Below are positions 27,591 to 37,243 of a DNA stretch of 42,283 bases, in pieces; the stretch's first letter is position 1, and every line of letters begins with the position of its first letter. This DNA comes from a virus. Its lineage: Duplodnaviria; Caudoviricetes. Both the position numbers and the translations under genes were made by a program. Location of the stretch: the IMG/VR virus record IMGVR_UViG_3300027956_000018, positions 1-42,283 of that record. One strand, written 5' to 3'. Below the pieces are notes generated by a model. It was not told the origin of the DNA. It ran no database searches and saw only the letters and a list, made by a program, of their open reading frames with translations.

Positions 27591-28376
27591 TTAAGGCGCG
27601 ATTATTGGAACGGCGACCGGGTTTGAAGGTTCTTCGATTTTAGCTTTTTCCCTTCCGCCCCCGGCGCCCTTCTGTTTTGATTTTGGGTTTTCTGGTTCTT
27701 TTTCTGTTAAGAAAAGGTTGAACTGTTCGAAGTTGAAAGACCCGTCGATCTTGCCTTCGATCCCGGTTCCCATATTGCATTTAAAATCAGGAATCATGAC
27801 ATAATTGATATTGAACGGCCGACCCTTCCCGATCAGAAGCGACCGAATTTTGAAGACCTTTTCGATCGGCTTGTCGGATCCTAACATTGACATTAAATCT
27901 TCTGAAGCTTCCCCGCCCTGCCATCTTGTTACAATTCTTACGAATTCTTTCGCCTTCTGGACGGCCGTCGAAAAATTGTCGTCAAGAAAAGTGAAGTCCG
28001 CCCGGCCAGTGATCGGCTTCGTCCCCCGGTTCACTTGATAAACCTGGACGATTTCGTTTCCGCCGGTCTTGACTTTTGAAGTCTTGATCGGCTTGATCTC
28101 CATTTTGTCTTTGTCGAACTTTTCGACATTTATTCCGCCGTTTATTTCGAACCCCTGGAAGATACCCGGGATCCGGCGGCCATTAATGAAGACGAAACCT
28201 TCGGCGTCCCGGCCTTCCTGAAGGCTTGAAGCATAAGTCAGAGGGTTCGACAGGATCGACTTGAAGCGATTATATTCGCCATTCGAAAAATTCTTTGTAA
28301 AACTTCCCAGAAGGATCCCGGCCGTCGAAGGAAGTTGAGAAAAATCTTCGTTCCGCGAATTGATATAGAAACCCAT
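27591..28376 (-). CDS. Tail tube initiator-like protein
   Basis: Position directly after the tape measure gene; positional call only. Confidence 0.45.
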   Translation of the reverse strand: MGFYINSRNEDFSQLPSTAGILLGSFTKNFSNGEYNRFKSILSNPLTYASSLQEGRDAEGFVFINGRRIPGIFQGFEINGGINVEKFDKDKMEIKPIKTSKVKTGGNEIVQVYQVNRGTKPITGRADFTFLDDNFSTAVQKAKEFVRIVTRWQGGEASEDLMSMLGSDKPIEKVFKIRSLLIGKGRPFNINYVMIPDFKCNMGTGIEGKIDGSFNFEQFNLFLTEKEPENPKSKQKGAGGGREKAKIEEPSNPVAVPIIAP

Positions 28377-28388
28377 AAGCGCCCCTTC

Positions 28389-30371
28389 TTATCCGACCCC
28401 GAAACCCAGGGACAAGTTTTCCAGATCGGCGGCCAGGTCTTCGCGGCTTCCGACGTTCGGAAGCGTGATCGATCCGATCGTGACGTTTCTTGAAACGCCC
28501 TTTCCGCCAGACCCGACGGCCGCCTTGATCGCGTCGGTCGCGAAACCATTGTCTTCGATCAGGCTTCTTTGACGTTCGGAAGCGAAAATATCGATCGTTT
28601 CAAAGGTCTTCTTCGCCCCATTTTTGGCGGCCGCGTTCATGTCTTCCCAGAAGCGATCTTCGGCCGAAAGCGTCTTCTTGTTCGCGTCCTTCAGGGCGTT
28701 CGCCTTGATCCCGGCCGCCTTCTTCGCGGCTTCGGCGATCTTGATTTCGGCCTTCGTCAGGCCGGTCGCGGGAAGGACGATCCCAGAGTTTAAGACCGGC
28801 CCGGCGCCTGGAAGAAGACCGGCTTCAAAGGTCGCGGGATTGATCCCCTTCGCCTTCAGGGCGGCTTCTTGAAGGGCGCGCGCGTTCGCGGCCCGAAGGT
28901 CTTCGCCTTTGTTTGCTTCCATCCGGTTCGCCAGTTTTTGACGATCATAAACAAGCTTTCCGATGAAAGCGGCCGACGCGGCCAGGGCGACGGGCAAGCC
29001 CCCGCCGATCCCGACGATCGCCATAATGGCGACCCGAAGGGCCGAAAAGACCTTCAGAAGCGATCCGCCGGTCTTCAGGATAACCCCCAGGGCGAAGTTC
29101 AAGGATCCGGCCCCGATCAGAAGCGGCCCGGCGATCGTCGCGCCTTTAATAAGCGATTCGAAAAATTCTTTATTCTTTCCGATCCCGGCGCCCAGTTTCG
29201 AAAGCCAGGGCGTCAGGCTTTCGCCCAGGGAAACAAAGGCCGGAAGGGCGGCCATTCCGACAGTTAAGATCATGTCGTCCAGGCGCGCCTTCATGACCTT
29301 CATTTTTTGGGCGTTGCCTTCCTGGGCTTTCCCGTATAAACCCAAAGACTTCGCCCCGGCCGAAGTCGCCGTTTCCATCTTTTTAACGGTTTCATTAAAG
29401 GTCGCCGATTGCGCGTCAAGGGTTCGAAGGAAGGTCGCGGCCCGTCTTTCGTCGCCGACAAGCAATTGAACAGACCTTGAAGATCCTTTTGTGACCTTCT
29501 GGAATCGTTCGAACCATTTCTGAAGCCCCATTTTTTGCATGGCGGTTATTGAAAAGATCAGCTTGTCCGGCCCGGCCAGTTTTTCGTTAAGGCGATCCAG
29601 TTCGTCGGCGGCGTTTTTCGAAGGCGAAGCGATCGCGTTCAATAACGCCTTTAGGCCGGTGAAGGCTTCTTCCGTGTTTCCGGTGACTTTCGTAACCGTT
29701 CCGATCGAAGCCAACATTTCCCCCGTTGAAACCCCGAACTGGGCGGCCGTCGCGGCCGCGTCGCCGACAGACGCGGAAAGCTTTTGAAGGTTCGTCTTTC
29801 CGACGTCGTTCGCGATCTGAAGTTGATCGGTTATCTTCAAGACTTCGGTCGTCTTCATTCCGTAACCATTTAGGACGGCCGTCGCCCCGTCGACGACGGT
29901 CGAAACGTCCGCGAAACCGCCGACGGCCGCCTTCGCGGATTTAGTAACGAATTGCATTGCTTCGCCCTGGGAAATTCCGGCCGAAATAGAATCATAAAGC
30001 GCCTGATTAAGTTCGGCCGTCGAAATCCCGGTTTCTTTTGAAAGGGCGCGAATGTCCCCGCCGAACTTATCAAGGGCGGCCGTCGCCGGGCCGTCCATCA
30101 TGGTCGCGACCTTCGCCAGGCCTTCTTCGAAGTCGGCCGCCTTCTTCGCGGCGAACCCTAAAGGCGCGGTTATAGCGGCCCCCGCGAAAGTCATGGACGT
30201 TCCGATTTCCTTCAGGCGCGACCCGGCCTTCGTCATATTGTCGGAAAGGTTCTTTATTCCGCCGATCTTCTTCTGGATCTTTTCAAGGTCTTTAACGACT
30301 GAGTTCGCGGCCGAAGTGACAAGGTTTGTCGCCTTGATCGGAAGTGAAACGGTGTAAGATCTTCCGGCCAT
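28389..30371 (-). CDS. Tail tape measure protein (TP901-type core)
   Basis: AAKKAADFEEGLAKV, LYDSISAG, ANDVGKTN..LSAS; Ala-rich with a hydrophobic C-terminal segment. Confidence 0.92.
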   Translation of the reverse strand: MAGRSYTVSLPIKATNLVTSAANSVVKDLEKIQKKIGGIKNLSDNMTKAGSRLKEIGTSMTFAGAAITAPLGFAAKKAADFEEGLAKVATMMDGPATAALDKFGGDIRALSKETGISTAELNQALYDSISAGISQGEAMQFVTKSAKAAVGGFADVSTVVDGATAVLNGYGMKTTEVLKITDQLQIANDVGKTNLQKLSASVGDAAATAAQFGVSTGEMLASIGTVTKVTGNTEEAFTGLKALLNAIASPSKNAADELDRLNEKLAGPDKLIFSITAMQKMGLQKWFERFQKVTKGSSRSVQLLVGDERRAATFLRTLDAQSATFNETVKKMETATSAGAKSLGLYGKAQEGNAQKMKVMKARLDDMILTVGMAALPAFVSLGESLTPWLSKLGAGIGKNKEFFESLIKGATIAGPLLIGAGSLNFALGVILKTGGSLLKVFSALRVAIMAIVGIGGGLPVALAASAAFIGKLVYDRQKLANRMEANKGEDLRAANARALQEAALKAKGINPATFEAGLLPGAGPVLNSGIVLPATGLTKAEIKIAEAAKKAAGIKANALKDANKKTLSAEDRFWEDMNAAAKNGAKKTFETIDIFASERQRSLIEDNGFATDAIKAAVGSGGKGVSRNVTIGSITLPNVGSREDLAADLENLSLGFGVG

Positions 30372-30374
30372 GTT

Positions 30375-30599
30375 TTATTTTCTTCCGAAGGCTTTCGACA
30401 GGGCCGAAAGTGTCCCCTGTTCGATTTCTTGAACTTTAAATCTGAAGATCCGGTTCGCCCGGTCGATCGCGTCCATGATGGATTCCCCTTCGTCCTGTTT
30501 TTTCAGGGCTTCTTCGATCAGGTCTTCCCCGGCGTAAACCCTGGCGAAGTCGATCAGGTCGGCCAGGGTGTGAACCCCGCCGACTTCAATTACAAAGGG
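30375..30599 (-). CDS. Tail assembly chaperone, -1 frameshift extension (lambda gpGT-like)
   Basis: Slippery C CCT TTG (30593-30599) just before the chaperone stop; the -1 frame is open (FVIEVGGVHTLADL...KAFGRK) to TAA at 30375. Confidence 0.8.
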   Translation of the reverse strand, partial: PFVIEVGGVHTLADLIDFARVYAGEDLIEEALKKQDEGESIMDAIDRANRIFRFKVQEIEQGTLSALSKAFGRK

Positions 30600-30940
30600 C
30601 GTTTTCTGGCTTCGTTCGCGAAACCGTGTCCTTCGATTAACTTCGGCGCGATCGCCAGGGAAAGCGCCGGAAGATCTTTAAGGAGTTCGAAGTATTGATC
30701 GCGGGAAGGTGTGACAATACAGTCCAGACAAAAGGCGTCATGATGCTTTAGGCCGTCGCGGCCCTTGTTCGAATTCGCTTCCGAAACATAGCGGGAAACA
30801 AGGGCGTTCGTCGGGCGCCTGAAGATCGCTTCGAAGGTTCGGCCGTCGTCCAGTTCGACCGTGACGATCTCCATTTTGAGATCGGGGAAAGCCTTCTTTG
30901 CTTCGGCGATCTGTTCTTCCGTGATCGGCTTGAAGTCCAT
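30590..30940 (-). CDS. Tail assembly chaperone
   Basis: Between tube and tape measure genes; AIFRRPT motif; frameshift site at the 3' end. Confidence 0.8.
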   Translation of the reverse strand: MDFKPITEEQIAEAKKAFPDLKMEIVTVELDDGRTFEAIFRRPTNALVSRYVSEANSNKGRDGLKHHDAFCLDCIVTPSRDQYFELLKDLPALSLAIAPKLIEGHGFANEARKRPL

Positions 30941-30998
30941 GATAAACCCTTTCGATTAAGTGAAGGGCGCCCAGGCCGGGCGCCCCGGTTTGAATTTT

Positions 30999-31433
30999 TT
31001 AGAGAACGGGGACGCCATTCAGGATGATCGGATCCAGGACGTTCAACGTCAGGCGCGCCTTCCTGATCTCCGTGTCGCCTTGTGTCGCGTCGGTTTCTTT
31101 CCGCGTGATCGAACAGGAAGGAAGGACGTCGACGCGGGGAATTCCGCGATCGGAATTCGAATAGGAAACCGTGATCGGGAAAGGCTTGATATTGAACAGA
31201 CCCCCGGCGACGGCCGCGTAAATCATAAGCGTATCGAAGGATCCATAGGGAAGTTCGATCGAAGCTTCCTGGACAAGGTTTCCGCGACCGAATCCCCTGG
31301 GCGCGCGGCCGCGACCGTAAACGGCTTCGGTCGGGCTTTCGGTCGAATATGAAACGGCCAGGATTTCCAGATTCAAGCCCCAGACGGTGTCGATCCTGAT
31401 CGATTCCCAGTCGAAAGTTCTTCCGTTAATCAT
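30999..31433 (-). CDS. Tail tube protein
   Basis: MINGRTFDWESI, VYGRGRAPRGFGRGN; follows the sheath gene. Confidence 0.85.
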   Translation of the reverse strand: MINGRTFDWESIRIDTVWGLNLEILAVSYSTESPTEAVYGRGRAPRGFGRGNLVQEASIELPYGSFDTLMIYAAVAGGLFNIKPFPITVSYSNSDRGIPRVDVLPSCSITRKETDATQGDTEIRKARLTLNVLDPIILNGVPVL

Positions 31434-31472
31434 GGTATAATTTCCTTTCGGTTTTAGGTTCGTTCGTTTTCG

Positions 31473-32909
31473 TTAGGCGCGAAGGGGATTCACAAGGCCG
31501 ATCGTGATCCCGATGAAAGAAGCATGACCGTAAGGAATGATCCCGACTTCGACGAGAATTTCTTCGGTCGTCAAAATGTCCTGATCGGCCGGGATTTCGA
31601 CGGAAGCCTGGACGATGTCGCGATCGCCGACCATGACATTCAAGGCGCCCTGAATATTGTCCTTCAAGGCCTTCGTCGAACCCTGGACGTCGGCCGGGTC
31701 GACTTTCATCTTCAGGAAGGACAGACCGGCCAGGCGCGCCAGGTTCGAAGCCTTGTCCAAGATCAGGCGCCAGGCGCATTTCTTGACGTCGCTGAAGGGA
31801 TCGATCATCCATCCGTTTGTCGGGCGCCATCCGGCGACGCCCTTGAACTTCCTGACAGTGACGGCGCGAAGACCGTCAAGATCTTCGATCGTGGTGTCAG
31901 TCCATCCGGTTCGGGCGGATTCGACGTTCGGCAATTCCCCGGCGGAGAAAAGCCCCAGGTCGTCGGAGATCGCCAGGGCGGAACGGCGACCGGCGACAAG
32001 GCCGATCACGTTTCGCGGCTGAATGTCGTTCGCGTGATTCGGCCGGTAAAGATTCAGTTCGGAAGCGACGACCTGGATCCGGTCGGAAGAAACGGCGGCC
32101 ATGACGGACTGACAGGCGACGATCATTCCGGCGGCCGAAGCGGAAATGGCCGGTCTGACCATTCCGTAACAATAACGGAAGTTCGGTTTCGCTTCGGCGG
32201 CCAGGACTTTCGCTTTCACGGATCCGACAAGGGCGGCCCCGGCCGGGTTCGAAACGACGATCGCGTCCAGGGTTTCGTCGGAAACAATGAAGGCGTCGAC
32301 GGCGCCTTCGATCTTCGCGTCGGTAATGACGGGTGCGGTAACGGCGGCCGCGTGAGTGTCGCCGTCTTCGAAATAGACCGCCCCGGCGCCGGGAACGAAG
32401 GTCGCGACGATGTTTGTTCCCGGTATGGTATAGGTTCCGGCGGAAGGGATCAGGGTTTCGGGTGAATAGGTTAATCCGCCGTCGGTCGAATACTTGAATT
32501 TTCCTTCGCCCAGGCTTCCGCTTTTTGTGATTTCGAACTTCAGGGAAAGCGCGCAGGGGATCATTTTTGATCCGTCTTCCAGAAGCGTAATCGTTCCGGT
32601 CGAAGTCCCGACCCGTGTCGGAGTGACGGCGCCGATCGTGCCTTCAGTTGTCGGAACAATCGGATAAGCCAGGGCGCGACGGCCCCCGGCCTGGAAGAAG
32701 TCGATCAGATCGTCGGCTAAGTTGCCGTAACCGATTTTTTCGCGAACTTCATTCAGTCCGCCGACGGTGACGATCGATTCGGCGGTTTCGCTTCCTTCGA
32801 CCGCGATCCCCGCGAAGGCGAAGATCCCCGACTGGGAAACGGGCAACATTCCCAGGTTTCGGTTATTGATATCGACATAGGCGTTCGGAAGGATCGGCTT
32901 GTTAGACAT
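31473..32909 (-). CDS. Tail sheath protein (DUF2586-like)
   Basis: FKYSTDGG..YS insertion domain, sheath-like C-terminus EIPADQDILTTEEILVEVGIIPYG; precedes the tube gene. Confidence 0.85.
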   Translation of the reverse strand: MSNKPILPNAYVDINNRNLGMLPVSQSGIFAFAGIAVEGSETAESIVTVGGLNEVREKIGYGNLADDLIDFFQAGGRRALAYPIVPTTEGTIGAVTPTRVGTSTGTITLLEDGSKMIPCALSLKFEITKSGSLGEGKFKYSTDGGLTYSPETLIPSAGTYTIPGTNIVATFVPGAGAVYFEDGDTHAAAVTAPVITDAKIEGAVDAFIVSDETLDAIVVSNPAGAALVGSVKAKVLAAEAKPNFRYCYGMVRPAISASAAGMIVACQSVMAAVSSDRIQVVASELNLYRPNHANDIQPRNVIGLVAGRRSALAISDDLGLFSAGELPNVESARTGWTDTTIEDLDGLRAVTVRKFKGVAGWRPTNGWMIDPFSDVKKCAWRLILDKASNLARLAGLSFLKMKVDPADVQGSTKALKDNIQGALNVMVGDRDIVQASVEIPADQDILTTEEILVEVGIIPYGHASFIGITIGLVNPLRA

Positions 32910-32981
32910 TGAATTTCCTTTGTTAAGGGTTCCTTATGGTTTTAAAATACCTTTTTTTCAATTCGTTCGCATTATTTTTCT

Positions 32982-33797
32982 TTAGTTGCCGACAGACAGG
33001 AAAACGTCGGGCGAAATCCAGTCAGGATCGATCGATATTGCGCCGGTATAGGGATCGGGAACGACGAAGATTCCGCCTTCGAATTCGACTTCGACTAAAA
33101 CCTTTTGATTAAGTTCGGGAAAATATTGATTGTCGCCCCATTCGACCGGCCCCAGGTTGACGGCGATCTTATTCCCCCGCGTGTCGGCTTCGACCGTGAC
33201 CCCGTCCAGGATATAGGCTATTTGGCCGTCATAAATGAATTTTCCGATATTCCGAATGAAGTTCCTGAAGTCCGCGTTCGCGGCCGTCAGGTTATGGTTA
33301 GAAAATTCGACGACAAAGGTAATTTTTTCGATCGCCTTTAACTGGCGACGACGTTCGCGTTCCTTCCCGTTCTTCGGCGCAATCCTGAAGGCGACTGAGT
33401 TCGCGGCGATCGCGTCGGTTATCGTCAATGATTTTCCGTCGGTCGCGACGGTAACGACTTTCGACCTTCTGTTTGAAACATTGTCGATATAATAATCGTC
33501 GACGACAACCCCGTTCACGTTGAAATTTCCGGTCAAACATTTAACCGTTGTCCCGGTGTTGCCCGTCGCGTCGGTTGTCCCAGAAAAACGGGCCGGGTAT
33601 TTATCATGCGGATCCGTGTAATAGCGGATCGTTTCCTGTTGCTTTGTAAAATCCTGGGCGACCGAACCGCGCGTCGGCATGGAGAAGACCCGGGCTTCGC
33701 GCGCGCCTGAAGCCTGGCCCCGCGTGAAGGAAACATTTGTGATCCCAACCCTGTTCTTCAGGACGTCGACAAGGTAGTTCCGGCAAATTTCAAACAT
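32982..33797 (-). CDS. Putative tail terminator / neck protein with inserted beta domain
   Basis: Between the virion morphogenesis and sheath genes; central TTDATG..GNF..NGVVVDD segment. Confidence 0.55.
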   Translation of the reverse strand: MFEICRNYLVDVLKNRVGITNVSFTRGQASGAREARVFSMPTRGSVAQDFTKQQETIRYYTDPHDKYPARFSGTTDATGNTGTTVKCLTGNFNVNGVVVDDYYIDNVSNRRSKVVTVATDGKSLTITDAIAANSVAFRIAPKNGKERERRRQLKAIEKITFVVEFSNHNLTAANADFRNFIRNIGKFIYDGQIAYILDGVTVEADTRGNKIAVNLGPVEWGDNQYFPELNQKVLVEVEFEGGIFVVPDPYTGAISIDPDWISPDVFLSVGN

Positions 33798-34282
33798 TAC
33801 GCGACCCCAGAAACGGGAAGGGCTTTTTCAAGATAGCCTTCGATCGTATCAAGAAGAGTGTCGACGTCGTCGTCGCTTTCAACCCCCATGAATTCGCGAA
33901 GCGGCATAATCTTTCTTTGTCCGCCGTTGTTCGAAGGATAGTCGGAATGATATTTCGCGTATGTCTTCGGCGTTCCGACGACGACTTCTTCGGCGGAAGC
34001 GTCATAAGAAAAGGACTTGAAAAGATCCAGAAGCTTCAACGGCCGATCCCTGGGCGTTCGCCATCTTCGCCAGGACTGATTAAAATAGGTTTTTATCTTC
34101 GGCCATTTTTCGCCCTTCGGGCCGACCGACCGATCAAACCTTAACGCGATTATATTTAAAAGGTCTTCGCCCAGGGACGAATGAATTAAAAAGAAATCAA
34201 GCGCCTGGAGTTTTTCAAGCGCCTGGACGGCCTTCTTTGCGCGGAATTGAATGTCGACTGAAATCATTTCGCCGACCCTCAA
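33797..34282 (-). CDS. Virion morphogenesis / tail completion protein (Mu gpG, P2 gpS-like)
   Basis: RFD..GPKGEKW, VVVGT..YAKYH, MPLREFMG. Confidence 0.85.
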   Translation of the reverse strand: MRVGEMISVDIQFRAKKAVQALEKLQALDFFLIHSSLGEDLLNIIALRFDRSVGPKGEKWPKIKTYFNQSWRRWRTPRDRPLKLLDLFKSFSYDASAEEVVVGTPKTYAKYHSDYPSNNGGQRKIMPLREFMGVESDDDVDTLLDTIEGYLEKALPVSGVA

Positions 34283-34725
34283 AATTTGTCAAGGGTTTCC
34301 TGGCTGAAGATCGCGTCGGGATAAGAAGCGACGACGTTCGTCGCGGGGACGGTCGCCCCGGTTCCGCCGGTCGCCCCGATCGAAATCTTGCCCTGGGAAA
34401 TCTTTTCGTATCGCATTTTGATCGCGTCTTGCCCGGCATTATAAAGGGCTTCGTCGGGCGTGTTTTGAAGATATCCCTTCCGCTGAATCAAAAGCATGAT
34501 CGCGATCGTCATGCAGTCGACTTCAAAATAGGGCGGCGGCGTCGGGTAAGGTGTCGGGTATCTTTCTTGAATGTAGCCGTCGATCAGGTCGGAAGCGTCG
34601 TCAAGGGCGCCTTCCAAAACCGAATCGGTGATCGCCGTGAAGGCGTCGACGCCTTCAAAGTTCGTCAGGCGGATCAGAAGTTCGCTTGAATATTTCGCCT
34701 TTGTCCCGGCGACAGTTGCATACAT
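34279..34725 (-). CDS. Head-tail adaptor (Mu gp36/DUF1320-like)
   Basis: MYAT..., ALDDASDLIDGYIQERYP, KISQGKISIG. Confidence 0.85.
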   Translation of the reverse strand: MYATVAGTKAKYSSELLIRLTNFEGVDAFTAITDSVLEGALDDASDLIDGYIQERYPTPYPTPPPYFEVDCMTIAIMLLIQRKGYLQNTPDEALYNAGQDAIKMRYEKISQGKISIGATGGTGATVPATNVVASYPDAIFSQETLDKF

Positions 34726-34736
34726 TTTAACCCCAG

Positions 34737-34796
34737 GAAAAAGTCGAAGGGCCGACGGCCGGGCGCGGGATGATTCGCCAGGCGCGCCGACCCTTC
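34737..34796 (-). terminator. Stem-loop / putative terminator after the major capsid gene
   Basis: GAAGGGTCGGC...GTCGGCCCTTC stem followed by GACTTTTT. Confidence 0.45.
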
Positions 34797-34821
34797 TGTA
34801 TTTGCTTCGTCTTCTGGCCGG

Positions 34822-35742
34822 TTATGCAATGCAAGCGGAAAGGTGATAGCCGAAGTCTTCGGCGATCAACTTTTCAACGGACTGGTGTTCGACCTGGACG
34901 ACGCGGCGGCCGCCGACGCCTTTGGTCGGATCGTCCCATTTCCGAACCTGGAAAGTCGCGGATCCGGCGATCTTCTTCGCGAACAGGGCGCCGAAGGCGG
35001 GTGTCTTCAGTCCCAGGGCGCGGGGAACGTAGGCCAGGACGCAGGACTTCCCCCAGACGTAGGACAGGGAGGGATCCTTCGGAAGCTTCGTCGAAGACTT
35101 CCTGGCCCCGGCGACGACGACCCTTTCCAGGCCGAAGAGTTGCGCGACCATTGCTTCGGTCGCGATCTTCAGTCCGGTGAAACCCCCGCCGATCGCGGCG
35201 AGAATGTTCGCGTTGAATTTCAGGGCGTCCCAGACCGGCCGGGAAACGACCATGACGTTCGGGCGAACGAACATGGCATTGGCGGCGGCTTCAATGTCCG
35301 TGATCGGCGTTGAAGTCGTCGACCATTTCGTCGAAACGGCGGCCGTGTTTGTCGACATGGCGGCGACGACGGCGGCCGCGCGGATTTCCCGGCCCAGAAG
35401 GATCGCGTCCGTCAGGGCTTCGGTTTCTTCCATTTCCGGCTTCAGGGGATCGTCGGCGTTGTCGATGTCGTCCTGGGTGATGAAACCGCGAAGACCGTAA
35501 TCCTTCACGGAATAAGTGTCGGTTGTCGTCGCGAACTGGAGTTCGTGCGCGTCCGCGTTCTTCGAAAGCTTGTCGTCGACGACCTGGAAGGCGTTCCCCT
35601 TCTTGTAGATCGTGTAGAGATCGGCGCCCTTGGTGACGGGCCGTTCGGGAAAAAGAACCTGGGCGACGAAGGCGTCCTGGCGGTACGCGATTGAAACGTC
35701 CGTCAGGCGCTGATCGATATGGCCGAGCTTTGTTTCCGACAT
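34822..35742 (-). CDS. Major capsid protein (HK97 fold)
   Basis: IDQRLTDVSIAYRQ, RPNVMVV..VWDALK; position after the protease and decoration genes. Confidence 0.88.
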   Translation of the reverse strand: MSETKLGHIDQRLTDVSIAYRQDAFVAQVLFPERPVTKGADLYTIYKKGNAFQVVDDKLSKNADAHELQFATTTDTYSVKDYGLRGFITQDDIDNADDPLKPEMEETEALTDAILLGREIRAAAVVAAMSTNTAAVSTKWSTTSTPITDIEAAANAMFVRPNVMVVSRPVWDALKFNANILAAIGGGFTGLKIATEAMVAQLFGLERVVVAGARKSSTKLPKDPSLSYVWGKSCVLAYVPRALGLKTPAFGALFAKKIAGSATFQVRKWDDPTKGVGGRRVVQVEHQSVEKLIAEDFGYHLSACIA

Positions 35743-35780
35743 GGTATAATTCCTTTTTTGTTAAGGTTCGCGGTTTTGTG

Positions 35781-36158
35781 TTACGGGATGACGACTTCGT
35801 CCGTGGTGACGACGACTTCGATCGCTTCGTCGGGATAACCGTTGTCCAGGGCGATCGCGACCCGTTTCGCCAGAGTGGAAACCCCCATGACGGCCAGCTT
35901 TCCGGCCGAATCGGATCCCAGAAACTGACCGGCGGTTGCGGTTGTTCCCAGGATCGCCAGGGTGACTTCTCCGATCATGGCGTATGAAGCGTGTTCGCCG
36001 ACGGCGAAGCTTTCTTCCTGGGCGACGTTGCCTTTTGTGATCCCCAGACAGTTCGCGTCGGCGGTTCCGATCACGATCCCCTTTTCGGCGGATCCCTTCT
36101 TGACACAGTAACCGGCCTTGATTGCGGCGGTTTCGACGACTCCGGTTTTGCAAGACAT
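35781..36158 (-). CDS. Capsid decoration/cement protein (DUF2190-like)
   Basis: Small Gly/Ala-rich beta protein (AGQFLGSDSAGK, VAIALD) between the protease and capsid genes. Confidence 0.75.
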   Translation of the reverse strand: MSCKTGVVETAAIKAGYCVKKGSAEKGIVIGTADANCLGITKGNVAQEESFAVGEHASYAMIGEVTLAILGTTATAGQFLGSDSAGKLAVMGVSTLAKRVAIALDNGYPDEAIEVVVTTDEVVIP

Positions 36159-36191
36159 GGAATTTCCTTTGTTAAAGTTTCGGGTTCGGGT

Positions 36192-36755
36192 TTACTTCTT
36201 CGCGGACTTGATTTTCGCGCGCGCCTGGATCAAGGCCTGGCCGAAGGTGAGTTTCGAATCGGCCTTCATGATCTTGTCCGCTTCGGCGCGTTCTTCGGAA
36301 TAGACGGCTTCGTCGCCCTGGGCGCCCTTGTCGTTCGTTCCGCGATATTCCCCGGCGGGTGCGGCGACGATATTCGCGACGAAGGATTTCATGGCGGCCA
36401 GGAAGGTCTTCTTGACCTGGGCGTCTTTGCCGTCGGCGCCCTTCTCCGTGAATTCGATTTCTTTTGCGGGATCGGCGGAAAGAAGAACCGGGCGAAGGAT
36501 CGCGACCTGGGCGGGTGTGACCTTGTCGCCGAATTCCTTGATCGCGGCTTCGACGTCGGCGGAATAGGCGGCGACCTTCTGGGCGTCGGCGGCCTTCTGG
36601 GCGAATTCCGCTTCGGTCGCGGCCTTCGCGTCTTTCGCGGCCTTGTCGGTCGCGGTCTTCAGGGTTTCGGCGAACTGGACGTCGGCGGCCTTCTTCGCGG
36701 CTTCGGCGGCCTTGTCCTGAATTTCCTGGATCTCTTTTTCAGTGTATTCTTTCAC
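36192..36755 (-). CDS. Nested in-frame scaffold protein (Mu gpZ-like)
   Basis: Internal AAGGGGA SD followed by in-frame GTG at 36755, at the protease/scaffold boundary. Confidence 0.6.
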   Translation of the reverse strand: MKEYTEKEIQEIQDKAAEAAKKAADVQFAETLKTATDKAAKDAKAATEAEFAQKAADAQKVAAYSADVEAAIKEFGDKVTPAQVAILRPVLLSADPAKEIEFTEKGADGKDAQVKKTFLAAMKSFVANIVAAPAGEYRGTNDKGAQGDEAVYSEERAEADKIMKADSKLTFGQALIQARAKIKSAKK

Positions 36756-37235
36756 GGGATTCCCCTTCGGGTTAAGGTTAAAATCATATTCCTTCTGGGT
36801 TTCGAAATGATCGGCGGAATAGGCGCCCTGATAAACGTCCTGAAGACCCTTGACGGCCGGTGTCGCGGCCCCCAGGAAAGCCAGGTGATGTAAATAAAAG
36901 CGACCTTCTTCGTCGGCGCGGATCCCGATTGACCGCTTTTTAAAGCGGCCTTCGCGGACAAGGGAATCGAAATCGGTCGCGACTTGCTTCAGTTTTGCGT
37001 AAAGCGTCGAACCGATCCGCTTCAGGCCGGAAACCCAGGCGGCCGCCGGGCGGTCGTTATGATCTTCGCGGATATGTCCCAGGGTGACGGGCGGTTCATG
37101 ACTGGCGGGATTGAAGGTCGAAACAAGATCGTCGAAAACTTCTTCGGTTAAGTCGCCTTGCGGGAAGGTTCCGGTCTTCGCGACTTCGAACCAATCTTCC
37201 AGGGCCGAAAATTCTTTCGCCGGGTTCTTTTTCAT
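36192..37235 (-). CDS. Prohead protease + scaffold (Mu gpI-like)
   Basis: PVTLGH, PAAAWV, GRFKKRSI, LHHLAFLGAATPAVKGL; Ala/Lys/Glu-rich C-terminal scaffold. Confidence 0.88.
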   Translation of the reverse strand: MKKNPAKEFSALEDWFEVAKTGTFPQGDLTEEVFDDLVSTFNPASHEPPVTLGHIREDHNDRPAAAWVSGLKRIGSTLYAKLKQVATDFDSLVREGRFKKRSIGIRADEEGRFYLHHLAFLGAATPAVKGLQDVYQGAYSADHFETQKEYDFNLNPKGNPVKEYTEKEIQEIQDKAAEAAKKAADVQFAETLKTATDKAAKDAKAATEAEFAQKAADAQKVAAYSADVEAAIKEFGDKVTPAQVAILRPVLLSADPAKEIEFTEKGADGKDAQVKKTFLAAMKSFVANIVAAPAGEYRGTNDKGAQGDEAVYSEERAEADKIMKADSKLTFGQALIQARAKIKSAKK

Positions 37236-37243
37236 TTATTGGA

